A stretch of DNA of 64,000 nt from Dendrobates tinctorius. Its lineage: Eukaryota. Location: the NCBI RefSeq assembly GCF_039654945.1, contig NW_027361767.1, positions 6,820,001 through 6,884,000 on the forward strand, in the 5' to 3' direction. The notes beneath the pieces are model-generated. The model had not been told where the DNA came from. It ran no database searches and saw nothing but the letters and a program-made list of their open reading frames with translations. Positions 63,672 to 64,000 of this stretch are shown here, piece after piece. Numbering within the stretch: the stretch's first letter is position 1; every line of letters starts with the position of its first letter. The translations under genes were made by a program, and so were the position numbers.

Positions 63672-64000
63672 CAGTCAATGAAAATCCAAAAGTCATTATC
63701 TCAGTAAATTAGAATACTTTATAACACCAGCTTGAAAAATGATTTTATAATCTGGAATGTTGGCCTACTGAAATGTATATTCAGTAACTGCACTCAGTAC
63801 TTGGTCGGGCTCCTTTTGCATCAATCACTGTGGCGTGGCATGGAGGCGATCAGCCTGTGGCACTGCTGAGGGGTTATGGAAGCCCAGGTCGCTTTGATAG
63901 CAGCCTTCAGCTCGTCTGCATTGTTGGGTCTGGTGTCTCTCATCTTCCTCTTGACAATATTCCATAGATTCTCTATAAGATCAGGCGAGTTTGCTGCCAA
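63672..64000 (-). mobile_element. Tc1-like transposon end, runs off the window
   Basis: - strand decayed C-terminus ...PQQCHRLIASMPR...PTKY*; the terminus position is approximate. Confidence 0.7.

Overview
Vertebrate genomic DNA, most likely a frog (inferred from the repeat families and the DIRS/Tc1 content). It carries the YIPF2-TIMM29-SMARCA4 block that is also linked in human 19p13.2. SMARCA4 is on the - strand: 30 coding exons at 442-21107, with the last exons beyond the left edge. TIMM29 (- strand, 2 exons) and YIPF2 (+ strand, 8 exons) are head-to-head around 50.0-50.5 kb. Between TIMM29 and SMARCA4 I can assemble an additional spliced - strand gene (4 coding exons, 198 aa). It has a C-terminal Tctex-1 dynein light chain domain, a perfect Kozak start, a polyA signal and three RFX X-boxes, and I recall no counterpart at the human locus; this is the most novel item. 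Mobile DNA includes a full-length, frameshifted DIRS1-type retrotransposon with intact ITR/ICR architecture in a SMARCA4 intron. There are also two Tc1-family elements with uninterrupted transposases (DD36E Incomer-like, DD35E Traveler-like), several decayed Tc1s (one with a clear template-switch scar), L2 LINE fragments, MITEs and a solo-LTR-like element. Several tandem arrays are present, and a 137-nt N gap lies at 11687-11823. All coordinates were read by eye and no database searches were run.
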